This document shows positions 36,909-48,200 of a stretch of DNA of 64,000 bases, piece after piece (position 1 is the stretch's first letter; every line of letters starts with the position of its first letter). This stretch comes from Felis catus (lineage: Eukaryota). The stretch covers positions 76,260,001-76,324,000 of the forward strand of contig NC_058373.1 in NCBI RefSeq assembly GCF_018350175.1. The letters are read 5' to 3'. The notes beneath the pieces were generated by a model that searched no databases, had not been told where the DNA came from, and saw nothing but the letters and a program-made list of their open reading frames with translations. Made by a program: the position numbers and the translations under genes.

Positions 36909-38389
36909 AATACTAATATTATCTTTCGTTCTGATAACACAGGCTATTTTGATATCCTGGGAGATCAAGGTAAAGATATTTCTATATCCAAATTTTCATT
37001 AATACTCTCCAAAAGGGTGGCAGTTTTAATGATACATCCGAAAACCATTATTTTCCATAATCTGTAGTCAGCAAGGGATATATCAACACTGTTGAAGGAA
37101 GAACCATCCTTAAAAAAAAAAAATTCAGATTTTGCTACAGTACGCAGATCACCTCCTGAAAAAGCACCTAAAGATGTGAAAATTCTATCTCTGTATCCTC
37201 TAAACACCTAGTAGATCTGCAAAACAATTTGTTTGATTGACGGGAAAGAACTATTTCAAATGCCAGTGGGTAGCCTTCCAGCAAACAAGACTACAACAAG
37301 AATGTTTTCCCCCTACTGCTAATGGCTAATCCTGGCACTGAGCCTTTGGCTGCTGCTTCCCAACATGGGTATCCGTTTAGTAAATGTGCCTGCCACAGCT
37401 TGCCTCAAACTGATACGGTGTCAAGATGCAGAGAACAGAAATGAATTTAAGAAAGAGAAAGCTGGTCTATATTAGCACCATATCCGTTAGTGTGCAGGGT
37501 GGAGTCAGCTAGAAGGGCAAACAGGCCTTTGCCCAGACAGAAAGTCCATTCGTTCACTACGAGAACATACTGAAGCTTCTGAAGATGAAATATCCTGATG
37601 CACTGACCTCCATCTATGTTTAAGTGCAGAGTGTGATTCTCTGTTATTAGTGCTTTTTTCCTTTGTGGGCTTTTGATCTTAAGAATATAAACACTCAGAA
37701 ATCAAGGACAACAAAATATCTTAACCAACGTGGAGCTTATATAGTTGTCCATACCCTAAGATGAGACCATAGATGACAAGAAAGAGCCACATGAGCAAGC
37801 AGGGTTTGGAGAAAAATGCCCTGCTTAGTGATTCCACAGCTTTTGGGCAACAGTTGCCTTTGGTCTCATGATTGTAGCTGTTATTTGAAAACCTGGTGTA
37901 GTTCTTGACTGTGCCTCCAAAGCTTAGAGTCATCTCAAAGCCTTTCCTCAAAGAATTAAATATAAAGTATAATAACCACCAACCAGAATGATACTGTAAT
38001 CCAACTAAGAATATGGTAAAATAGAGACTGTGTAAGTCCCATTTCTCGAAAGGCCAGTTTTCTAAAGGAGGCTTTGCAATATTTTCTGCATAAATGATTG
38101 ATGAGTATAAGATTAAAATTGGGTCAAATCTAACAGACACTAATCAGGTAAAACTAATACATGTTCATAAAAATTAGAAAAATATATACTTCTTTAGGAT
38201 TTCAAATGTCTACAAGAAATGGTTAAATAATCTCAGGAAGAAATATTAACTTTTAAAAATAATATATGTCAGATGTTTTTAAAGGTTAGAAAATTGGTAC
38301 TTGTCAGACCAGAACAGGTAGGAAAATCAGAAATATGCACACCAACCAGAAGCACTGTATTATGTGACTTTGGCATTCTTCCACTAATA

Positions 38390-38950
38390 TATAATTAAAT
38401 TACATTAGGCATTTATTGAAGCCCACTATGTACCCAGCATTGAACTAGATGCTAGAAATAGAAATACAAGTGACATTTATTTCTTTCTTTCAAACTGGAG
38501 CTCATAATTTAATGGAGGAGATAGAACACATCGAACATTGAATATAATGTAAAAATTCCTGTTTGGTTGGTCTCCCTTGGTAAATCATGCTACGGAAAAA
38601 TCCACCTTCTTTATTATGCCACTTTTGTACTAAAATGTTAAAAACATTGTGTGATAAGTTATATACAACTAGTGTGAACCACATACTCTGGAAATGTTCC
38701 AAATGATATGGAAAGGCTTCACAAAGGTGAGAACGACTTACCAAGGCCTGGCCCAGTGAAGAGCATTTACTCAACTAAGAAGGAAAGGAGGAAAGGGGAA
38801 GGTGGGAGAGCTGGATCTACGGAGTTCTGAGAGTATGTCACATCTGAAGAAAGAGTGCCTGTTGTGAACAATTTCTGGGGATACATCACGGGGCTGGAGG
38901 AGTGGAAAGTAGGTAAAGAATTCCAGTTGGAGCATAATGTTGCTAAATAA
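38390..38950 (-). mobile_element. L2 3' fragment
   Basis: 'catttattgaagcccactatgtacccagcattgaactagatgctagaaatagaaatacaag...ggagctcataatttaatgg'. Confidence 0.7.
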
Positions 38951-39399
38951 TCACTGACCTAATAGGTTTCACTGATGTAATAAATCTACCTTCTGAACTT
39001 TACATTTTAGATTTGACGATGACACAGCTCTTTGTTTTACAGTCTTTATTTTCCTGAATACCTTCACGTTTATTTCCATTTCACAATAAAACAAACCATA
39101 AAGGGTAAATTTATAGCTACCCATCCTGAATAATGTATCAATAATTCTTAAGCATAGAGTCCAGTATATGTTTAAAAAGTAGTAAGAATTTGAAGACAAA
39201 AGTTCATGGACCTTTGTAGTGTATTTCTATTTGGAAGATGAAAACAAGGCAAGAATTAGGTGGAAGGGTCTTGGAGTAAGATAACAATAGTGAAAATGGA
39301 AAAAAGAGACAAATCAGAGTGGTCCTTTGAAGTAAGAATCAAAATTAGTAGAAAGAGAAGTAGATGTCCTACACTACAAATTTTGGGAGAACAGAAGTC

Positions 39400-40055
39400 C
39401 CCTGCCACTGGGAAAACTAAGAGAGACAAAGTTGTCTGCATGAATAGTTCTTACCTCCTTTACCAACCACCCTTCTATGTTCCACTGTATTGCCACATGA
39501 CAACCTTCTCTTGCTGGCTGGCTTCTGGTTAGATTCTGCCACTGTGAGGTACTGGTGGATATTAAAAGACTACATGGAGAGGAAATGACTGTTTCTCCCT
39601 CAAGCCTTACCTTTTAAGAGCACCTTTCTGCACTTCCTGCCCACGCTGTGCAGAATCTCTTCCTCAGTCCTGGTTCTAGTGTGTCACACCCTCTCAATAG
39701 TCCTAAAACCTGGCTTCCTAGAATGTCCTTGGCATCTCTTGTACTGGTTTTTCAGCACTTGCTCCATGGTTCCAGCACTGACTAGGTAGTCCTTCCTTGG
39801 ATGTCTTGCCTGTTATGCACACCAAGTCACAGAGCAGAGAGGTGTTCCTGACCTCTTGTAACACAATACCTCTTCTCCTCTGTTTCCCAGATTTGGGATA
39901 TTGTTGCATTCTGCATTAATCTCTGGATTGCATCACCTCCCCTTTTTTGTTCTGTTAGCTCCTCAAAAATTATAACCAGTTATCAATATTAAATCACCTC
40001 TGTTTGAAAAACAAAACACTATTTCTCTTTTACTGACTAGACCCTATGCTATCCA
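39400..40055 (+). mobile_element. LTR33-like ERVL 5' LTR
   Basis: 'ctggcttctggttagattctgccactgtgaggtactgg' and the end 'tattaaatcacctctgtttgaaa...ctgactagaccct'; start approximate. Confidence 0.65.
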
Positions 40056-42260
40056 ATACTTGTTACCAACAGTAGGCCAACAAAACAGATTCACCAAGAT
40101 TGAATTCTTAGACTGAGGTACTGAGCTATGTGACTTTAAATGCAGAGATGCTATAAATCCTGCAGCAAAACCGGGTACTGGTCATCTATGGCATGCATTG
40201 TAATCATGATTTCTTAAATTACCAACCGAGATTACTTGAGATTAATTGCCTATAGAAGGCAATAATTTGGGAGAACAGTTGGATGTTACATTGAATTATT
40301 ATGGTAGTAATGGTGATTTTTAAGTACTCTGGGGTGAGATGTCTGCTTCTGGAGACTTTACAGAAATAAAATCACAAATGCAGGGCTTTAAACTCCTAGA
40401 ACAAGGTATGGTCAAAATTTGTGCAAAGTATTCCTGCAAAAATCACTCATTATTTATTTTAGTGCAGGTCAGATATTAGATGATGATGATGATTATTATT
40501 ATCATTAGATATTAGATTATTAGGTCTGAAAATTAGACTAAAAATCTAGTTGTGCAGGATGCTGTATTACTACATAACTAGAATTCAGGCTTTGGAGAGT
40601 TTGTTATTTGAAAGGAAAATCCTTGATAGGAAAAGACTAGGGACCCTGACATTTAAAATGGAAACCTTTGGATGGATGAGGAAGAATCTGAGATATGTGA
40701 GCATCCCTGGCCAAGCAGAAGAAATGTCTCACTCTTGACTAAAAACACTAACCTTCTCTTGCTTGAAGATAGGGTAATAATCCTACCCAAAGATGTTGCC
40801 TTACAAGAGAAGAACTAGTTTCCTTAAAATAACTTCACCACCCATCACTGCCTCTATATCCCTAACTGGAATCTGTTTATATATTCCCCAATGGGAGCAC
40901 ACACAAAATCAGACCCAGGAAAAAATAAACACCAAAATATTTACATTTCTCTAATTTCTACCAGCAGGTTTCTGGAGAATATGGATGGAATAAATTCTAA
41001 GGCTATTAAACCAAGGAGAATAGAATATAATATTGCATTGAACCAAAAATTTCACTCTGCATACACTTATCTGAAGCACTTAATTAATTAATTAATGTGC
41101 TAACTTGAGCAACTAGAAACAGTTCTGACAGGTGGCTTTGTTAGTTTACTAAACTAGGACTCAGTGGTGACCTATATGCAATATTTAGATGACAAAACTT
41201 CCCTAGCATAATACAGACCAAGGAATACATAAACCTAGGCAGATAGAAAGGTTAGCATGGATTTACTATATATGATCCATCCCATTTCCCACTGTTTCTC
41301 AAGGGGTCAGACATTCATTTTCTTAAGCATTCAGAAATGCATTATTGTGGAGAGATCCAACATGATTGAAAAGCTCTGGTGTCTGCCCTCTGAAGACTAG
41401 AGAGATATCCCACTGACCCGAGTTCCCTAATTTCAATGGGAAACAGGATCTAAAGTGGCAGAGCCCAAATAACAGAGGAAAGATGAGTATATTTTAATGA
41501 AACAGGCAGAAGGAAAGAATGACAATCAGACAAGAATCTCTGTTTGGATAGGAATAGTTAGTGGTAGTCAAAGATCTATGGTGTTCTTGGGAATTATATA
41601 AATAGATATATTAATTAATCTATATATCTAAAAAAAAAAAGCTCTAGGAATCCAAAATGCCATTGTGGTACCTCTTGTCAAAGCAGGAAATTATGATGTC
41701 AGATGATATATAGAATTTTGACCCAGATTTGCCTTATAATATGTTCAGATGTCCATAGCTATTTCCTTACCTCTAGAATATATAATTAAAATAGACTGGT
41801 AGAATTTCCACATTGACTCCCTGACCCATGGAATGAGACACCCAGAATATTAAACCAAAAGCAATACCACATTTTTAAGAAAATTGACAAAATTATTGTT
41901 ATCATTAAAGCTTTTAAAATGTAGTGATGATGATACCTACCAATTCCCAATACAACTTCCCATCTGTACAAAAGACAGATGGATGTGGAAGAATAACTGT
42001 AGATTATGATGAATTTAATAATGTGCAGATTCTAATTGTTTCTGCTGTTCTATATGTGGGATCTTCAGATATGGTCTAGGTGTGAAGCAAATCAATTCAG
42101 AAATTAGTTGTGCTTTTCATACCAACTATAAAGAAACACAAGAACAGTTTTCTTTTACCAGGAAGGGTCAGCAGTATACCTTCAGTTTTGGGTTATATCA
42201 ACCCTCCTGCTCTTTGTAATCTAGTCTTCAAGGACCTTGATCACCTTGGCATTCCACAGA
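40056..42260 (+). mobile_element. ERVL internal region (decayed gag-pol), truncated within RT
   Basis: Degenerate tRNA-Leu PBS at 40061-40076. About 41933-42058 translates IPTNSQYNFPSVQKTDGCGRITVDYDEFNNVQILIVSAVLYV (compare ERV-L [27 protein letters not shown]), followed by QFSFTRKGQQYTF and GYINPPALCNLV. Confidence 0.85.
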
Positions 42261-42295
42261 TAAAATGTCAACAAACTAAGTGATATCTAACTAAA

Positions 42296-42501
42296 TTTTA
42301 TTTTATTTTTTTTAATTTTTATTTGTTTTGAAAGAGAGATAGACAGTGGGGGGGGGGGCAGAGAGAGAGGGGGACAGAGAATCCCAAGCAGGCTCCACAC
42401 TGGCATTGCACAGCCCAATGTGGGGCTCGAACCCATAAACTGTGAGACTATGACCTGAGACCAAGAGTCAGAGGCTTACCCCATGAGCCACTCAGGTGCC
42501 T
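42296..42501 (-). mobile_element. CAN-SINE
   Basis: Antisense SINEC containing gaatcccaagcaggctcc. Confidence 0.9.
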
Positions 42502-42504
42502 GAA

Positions 42505-45360
42505 CTAACTTTTAAAATACACTTGCTGACATGTTGTATTCTTTGGAGCTATTGAAATTCTTCAAAGGTTTGGTAGAAAGAAAAGCTACATGAGGTAGTA
42601 AATTGACAACTTTCTCTATTTTGTCCTTGAAAATTAATCTAATGTTTTTACCTCTTTACTGGTTAATTTTTGTAAGTTATACTTTCTTACAAAATTATTA
42701 TTTCATTCTTTTATAGCTTTCTTTTTTTAACCACTCTCATGGGCTGAGAGTTAAGTCTTCTACTACATGTATTTCTCTATCTTGTAGTTTTTGTTTAATG
42801 AAGTTGAGACATTTGGCTCATAGATATTCAACACTACATATTTTTATTGTGAATGGCTCTTTTTAACATTACAGAGTGTACTTTGTCTCAGTTAATGCTT
42901 TTTGGCCAGAATTCTGCCTTGACTAATATCTTTTGACTCCAGCTTCCTTTTTGTTTGCCTTTGTCTTGTATAATTTGTTTTCCTTTTATTTTAAATCCTT
43001 CTAAATTACTTCGTTTTAGTTCTTTATCATGTATACTGTGATATTGTGATTTATGAGAAATGTATATTTGGTCTTTGTCCTGGTTCCTGGCTCAAAGCTC
43101 CTAAAACCCTTGGAATTTCCTGTGATAAGAGCAATAAAGGTGTCTTTTGTTTTGTTAATGAGGTGATTTTTGGAAAGTCCTTGGGTAACCTAAGGATGGG
43201 GGGCTGGTTGCCAGGAAAACCACTCGTGTGATTAGAGGATTGGAACTTTCAGTACCCACCTCACCCCACCCCCATCTCTGGGGAGGAGGGAGGGGATGGA
43301 GATTGAATTCATTCACTAGTGGCCAAATGACTTAATCAATCACGCTTATGTAACAAAGCCTCCATAAAGGCTCCATAAAGGCTCCAAAAATGACTGGGTC
43401 CAGAGAGCTTCCAGGTTGGTGAACACATGGAGATTTGGGAAGAGTGGCACACCTGGAGAGGGCATGGAATCCTGTCCCCATATCTTTCCCTATGCAACTC
43501 TTCCATCTGGCTGTTCCTGCGTTATATCCTTTTATAATAAATTGGTGATTTAGTAATAAAAATGTTTCTCTTTGTTTTGTGAGCTCCTCCTCCAGCAAAT
43601 TAATCAAACCCAAGGAGGGAGTTTGTGGAAATTTTAATCTATAGCTAATTGCTCAGAAACACAGGTGGCAACCTGGACTTGCAATTGACATCTGCCGGCG
43701 GGGGGGGGGGGGGGGGTGGTCAGTCTTGTAGGACTGACCACTTAACCTTTGGGATCTGATGCTATCTCTGGTAGATAGTATTGGTATTGAGTTAAATTGT
43801 AGGACACTCAGCTGGTGTTGGAAAAATCCTTGTTGATGTGGAGAAAGTCCCTCTTCCTCCCCACACACACGCATCCATACAAACACCATGTTGGAATTGG
43901 GGGCCAGAACATTTAATGTATAAATATAGAGAAAGTATATCTATATACAGTATGTTGCTTTATTGAAAAATCCTTCTGAAACTATATGAGTTATGTTCAT
44001 TTATATTTATTGGTATGAAAGATATTTATGATCTTATTTCTATTGTATAATTTTATGTTGTTCTTTTACAGGTTTTTAAAGAGACGTAAAATAGTGGTCT
44101 CATTTCTTGTTTTATTTTTTATGTGTAGTTCTTCTAGTAATGATGAAGGTCTGTCTTTTTGTTCTAATCATTATTTTATAATTATGACTTTACATGATGA
44201 CTCTACTTATCTATGTCTTTTGACAGTAATTATCTCTACTTTGAGTAATGATAAAATAGTGTTCCATTTTATTTCTTCTCTACTTCCTAATTTTTGTTGT
44301 TAATATTAACTATATCAATATTTATATTTTTGATACATCTATAATCATATTACTGGTTTTTTAGCTTTGAAGGATTCATTTAACTCCTAGCTAGTAGAGC
44401 ACCTTTGTAATCAGTGAACTTATCTTTCATGTTATTTCCTCCTTCTTGCCAATTTTAGTTAGCTGTCTCATTTCTACATATATAGGCATATACTTTCACA
44501 TTCTGTTCTGTCACCATAAGCCCCACATTTGTTTGAGGCATGGTTTTATAGTTACATATGTTCAATGCTCAACAAAATAATGTCATGGATTATTTTGTCA
44601 CAACTTCCCCAGCTTGTCTCTTGGTTTAAATTAATATTCCAGTAGTTTCCTCAAGAAAGGCTCATGGGAAACTATTCCTTGGTTTCTTACATATTCAAAC
44701 TTGTTTATCTGAGGTCTTTATACTTGAAGGACATCTTGGTTGAATAAAAAAAAAAAATCCTTGGCTCACAATTTCTTCCCTTGAGTATTTTGTAGCTCTT
44801 CCCCTCTGTCTGTTGGTGTGGAGAAATCTATGGACGGCTTGATTTTATTCCCCCTTACAAGTGTCTTGTTCTTTTTTATATTACTGACCAAAAGATTCCT
44901 TCTTTATCTTTAAAGTCCAAGTAATTTACTTGGCCATGTGACAATATTGAGTTTTCTGGTCAGTTTTTTTTTCTTCCTGCATGAAATGTGCCCTCACATG
45001 TATAGATTCAAGTGGTATTTTTTGTTTTTTAAATCTCAAGAAAGCCTTTTTGAATTATATCTTGAACTTAGCTTCTGTTCCTTTGTTTTGATTTTATTTT
45101 TCAGCTACTGCAGTTATGCATCATTTAGATATCTATTTCCTGTCTTCTAGAATGCATTTTTCTCTCTAATCTTTTAAAATCCTTTCTTTGATTTTGCATG
45201 ATTTTCTTCCTCTTTGCTCAGCTATTTTGGGGGGAGCTTTTATATGTATTTTTGTGTTTATGAATTATATGTGTCCCCTAGTTTTAATGAAGATAGAGAA
45301 TGTGGTCTTTTTCTCATTAAAACAATTTTTTTTTGTTAATTCTGAGCAATTTACAAAGAG
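42505..45360 (-). mobile_element. Ancient L1M (ORF1 to early ORF2), antisense, interrupted by MER21
   Basis: T-rich antisense L1M motifs ('tgactaatatcttttgactccagcttcctttttgtttg', 'ttcctcaagaaaggctcatggg'). Confidence 0.65.
43037..43911 (+). mobile_element. MER21-type solo LTR
   Basis: TGtgatattgtgatttatgagaaatgtatatttggtctttgtcctggttcctggctcaaagctcctaaaacccttggaatttcc start; ends ...gaaCA. Confidence 0.88.
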
Positions 45361-45394
45361 AGGTGGTGTCTTATGAAACCACATTTATAGAAGA

Positions 45395-46830
45395 AGGCCC
45401 TCTAAGTATTCATATTAAAATCAGTAACAAGATAAGCCTGCCCTCCATAACCACTGCTATTTAAAGTTTTACGGCAGATCTTTGTACACAGTGGAGTGAG
45501 AAAAAATGTCACAAAGATTGAAAAGGAAAACTAAATGGTCATTACTCACAAATGCATGATTTTCTACACAGAAAACCCAAACTAATTCATTTATAAATTA
45601 TTAAAATTAATAAGAATATAAAAGAAGCTAGATAAAATACCAAAAAAAAATTTCAGTTTCATGTCTGTATCACAAAAACAACAGTAAAAAATGCAATTCA
45701 AAAAGTTTACAATAGCGGAAAAATATATAAGGTGCCTAGGAATAAGTCTTAAAAAATATAAAGGGACCAAAGACCTGTATGGAGAAAATTATAAAACTCT
45801 ATAGAACCACAGTAAAGAGACCTAAGTAAAAGGGAGTCCTATGATCTTCATGGTTAAATGACTCAATATAAAGAGGTCAAACCTGCCCACATTGTGCTAA
45901 AGATTTAATATTATTAAAGTCATAGGCATGCCTGGAGATTAGAAGGAACTTGATAAATTAATACTAAAATGCAAATGGAGGCGGAAAGGGTCAATTAGAG
46001 CCAAGGCAGTCCTGAAGAAGAAATGAAAAGGGAAGGGTCTTGCCCTATAAATTATCAAGATATTACGAATTTACAGCAACATAGTACAATGTGATACTGA
46101 CATAGGGATAGACAATATCCAACAGAGACTGGAAACATGCCTATGTATATAAATTTGTTATATGACATTTCAATTCCAGACAGATTAAGACTTACATGTG
46201 AAAGGACAACTCTTTCAAAACTTAGAAGATAGCACAGAAGAATATCTATATGACTTTAAAATAAGGAATGACTTCCTAAATAAGATGTAACTATTAACTA
46301 TAAAAGAAAAGATAATAAATGCAACCCCATTAAATTTTAAAAGCTCCACTCATCAAATGACATCATTAAAAGAGTTAAACAGTAAGGCACAAAACAGGGG
46401 AAGATCTTTGCAACGCATTTAGCCAATAGGGCTTTTTCCAATAAATCAATAGAAAGAACAATCCACATAACAACATGGAAAAAGCAAATCACAGAAGACT
46501 ACACACGGTATGTAAGCATTTTTGATAAAGCTCTAAAACAAACAAAAGAAAACAAAAAAATCTGTTTAGGGTGACATAGGTTTGGGATACAACATTTTTT
46601 TTTCAAGAAAGGGAAAATAAATAAGGAACGCAAATCAATATAGCAGTTACCTCTAAGAAGAGGAGATAGAAAGGGATAGAAGTGGGAGCATATAGATAAA
46701 TAAATTCAATAGTATGGATCATTTTTAAGTTCTTTATTTGTATAATGCTTCCTGATACTTACAAGGGTTTAAAGAAATCCTTAAAGATTTTTTGTATGCT
46801 TTATATCTTAAGTATATGTTACTTATATCC
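45395..46830 (+). mobile_element. Ancient L1ME (RT to 3' end)
   Basis: Decayed SGTRQGCPL- and FADDM..YLENP-like segments at 45420-45580; L1ME-like 3' UTR. Confidence 0.75.
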
Positions 46831-46854
46831 TTCTTAAAATCAACCATATATAGA

Positions 46855-47051
46855 TTTTTTTTTCCTTCAGAGACAGAGAGAGAGTGCATACCAGTGGGTA
46901 AGAGGGGCAGAGGAAGGCAGAGAGAGAGAATCAAGTAGGTCTCACACTTAGCACAGAGCCGGCATGGGGCTCGATCCCGTGATTCTGGGATCATGACCTG
47001 AGCTGAATTCAAGAGTCAGATGCTTAACCAACCGAGCTACCTAGGCACTCC
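46855..47051 (-). mobile_element. CAN-SINE
   Basis: TSD aaaatcaaccatat / aaaatcaactatat. Confidence 0.9.
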
Positions 47052-47999
47052 AAAATCAACTATATTTTTGAATTATAATGTGTATACAGAAAAATGCATA
47101 AATCATTAAGTGTATAGGTCAGTAAGTTACAACAAAGTGATCACATACATATAACTACCACTGAGGTTAAGAAAGAGAACATTATTACCACAAACCAAAA
47201 GCCTCTTTCTTATTGCCCTTACTTCCGGCCCAAATAACCAATCTCAAAGATTCTTCTGTATGTACGCAATTGTATATAAAATATATATACCCTAAAGAAT
47301 TTTAAGCAAGGAGAGCATGTTTCTGCTGAAATCAACTATTTCTAGGAAAACTTTTCATTTTCAACCAGGTAAGAAATTGTATATAATGAAGAAGGAGAGG
47401 ATAACTACCCTGCCTGCATATCTAACTACTATACCCTACTAGTCAGAGGAATGGTAAAAGATAATAGTTAGAGTCCCCTAACATTTCCTGAGAAACCATG
47501 ATTGTAGTTTGGTGTCGGGAAAATCCTGAGATTAGGTCTAAAGCCTTTCCTGCTTGAGAGCTCATCAATGTTTGAACACAACTATACTATGTCCCCCAAT
47601 CTTCTCTTTTCTGAGCTGTCTATGCTCTAGTTTCTTTAGCCATTCTTTATGCAAGTTCCATTTTTTTATAGAACCTTACCATCTGGGTGTTTTCCTCTGG
47701 GCATATGGCAAATTGAAAATGTCTGTCTCAAAAACATGATGCCAAGAACTGAATCCAATATATCAGCTGTGCCCACTGCAGAATCCACTGGGACAGTTAC
47801 CTTTTTGGCATTATGTGGTATTAATGTAGCATAAACTTACATTAACCCTATTTTCTATACCGGTCTTTCTTATATCCATGTTTGGCCTTGTCTCATTACA
47901 TGATTGTCTGTCTTTGACAGTCACCTCCTAGGGTTTCTGTTTGGGAGATAAATCGGCATTGAATCCTAATTGTATATGGTGACTGCTATCCAATTCAAA

Positions 48000-48200
48000 A
48001 AAAATTAATCCCATGTGTTATTTTGTTTTCACAAAGTCCCCTGAGAAAGGGCAAGAATTATTATTTCCATTCAAAAATTAGAGAAACTAAAAATCAGGAA
48101 CATAGGCAACTTGCCCCAAATCAGGTTTATTAAGTGATAGATCCTACTCTTGAGCCAACATGTTTTGGATCCAGGGTTCTCTTCATTGAATGACACTGTC
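48000..48200 (-). mobile_element. MIR
   Basis: 'attattatttccattc...gagaaactaaaaatcagg...caacttgccccaaatca...taagtgataga'. Confidence 0.7.

Noticed and set aside
36965-37207. Protein-looking 80-aa minus-strand ORF with a polypyrimidine acceptor
   Set aside because: No recognisable family and no clear donor; insufficient support.
42591-42612. tgaggtagta let-7/miR-98-like start
   Set aside because: Only about 10-11 nt match, it lies inside an old antisense L1, and no hairpin arm is evident.
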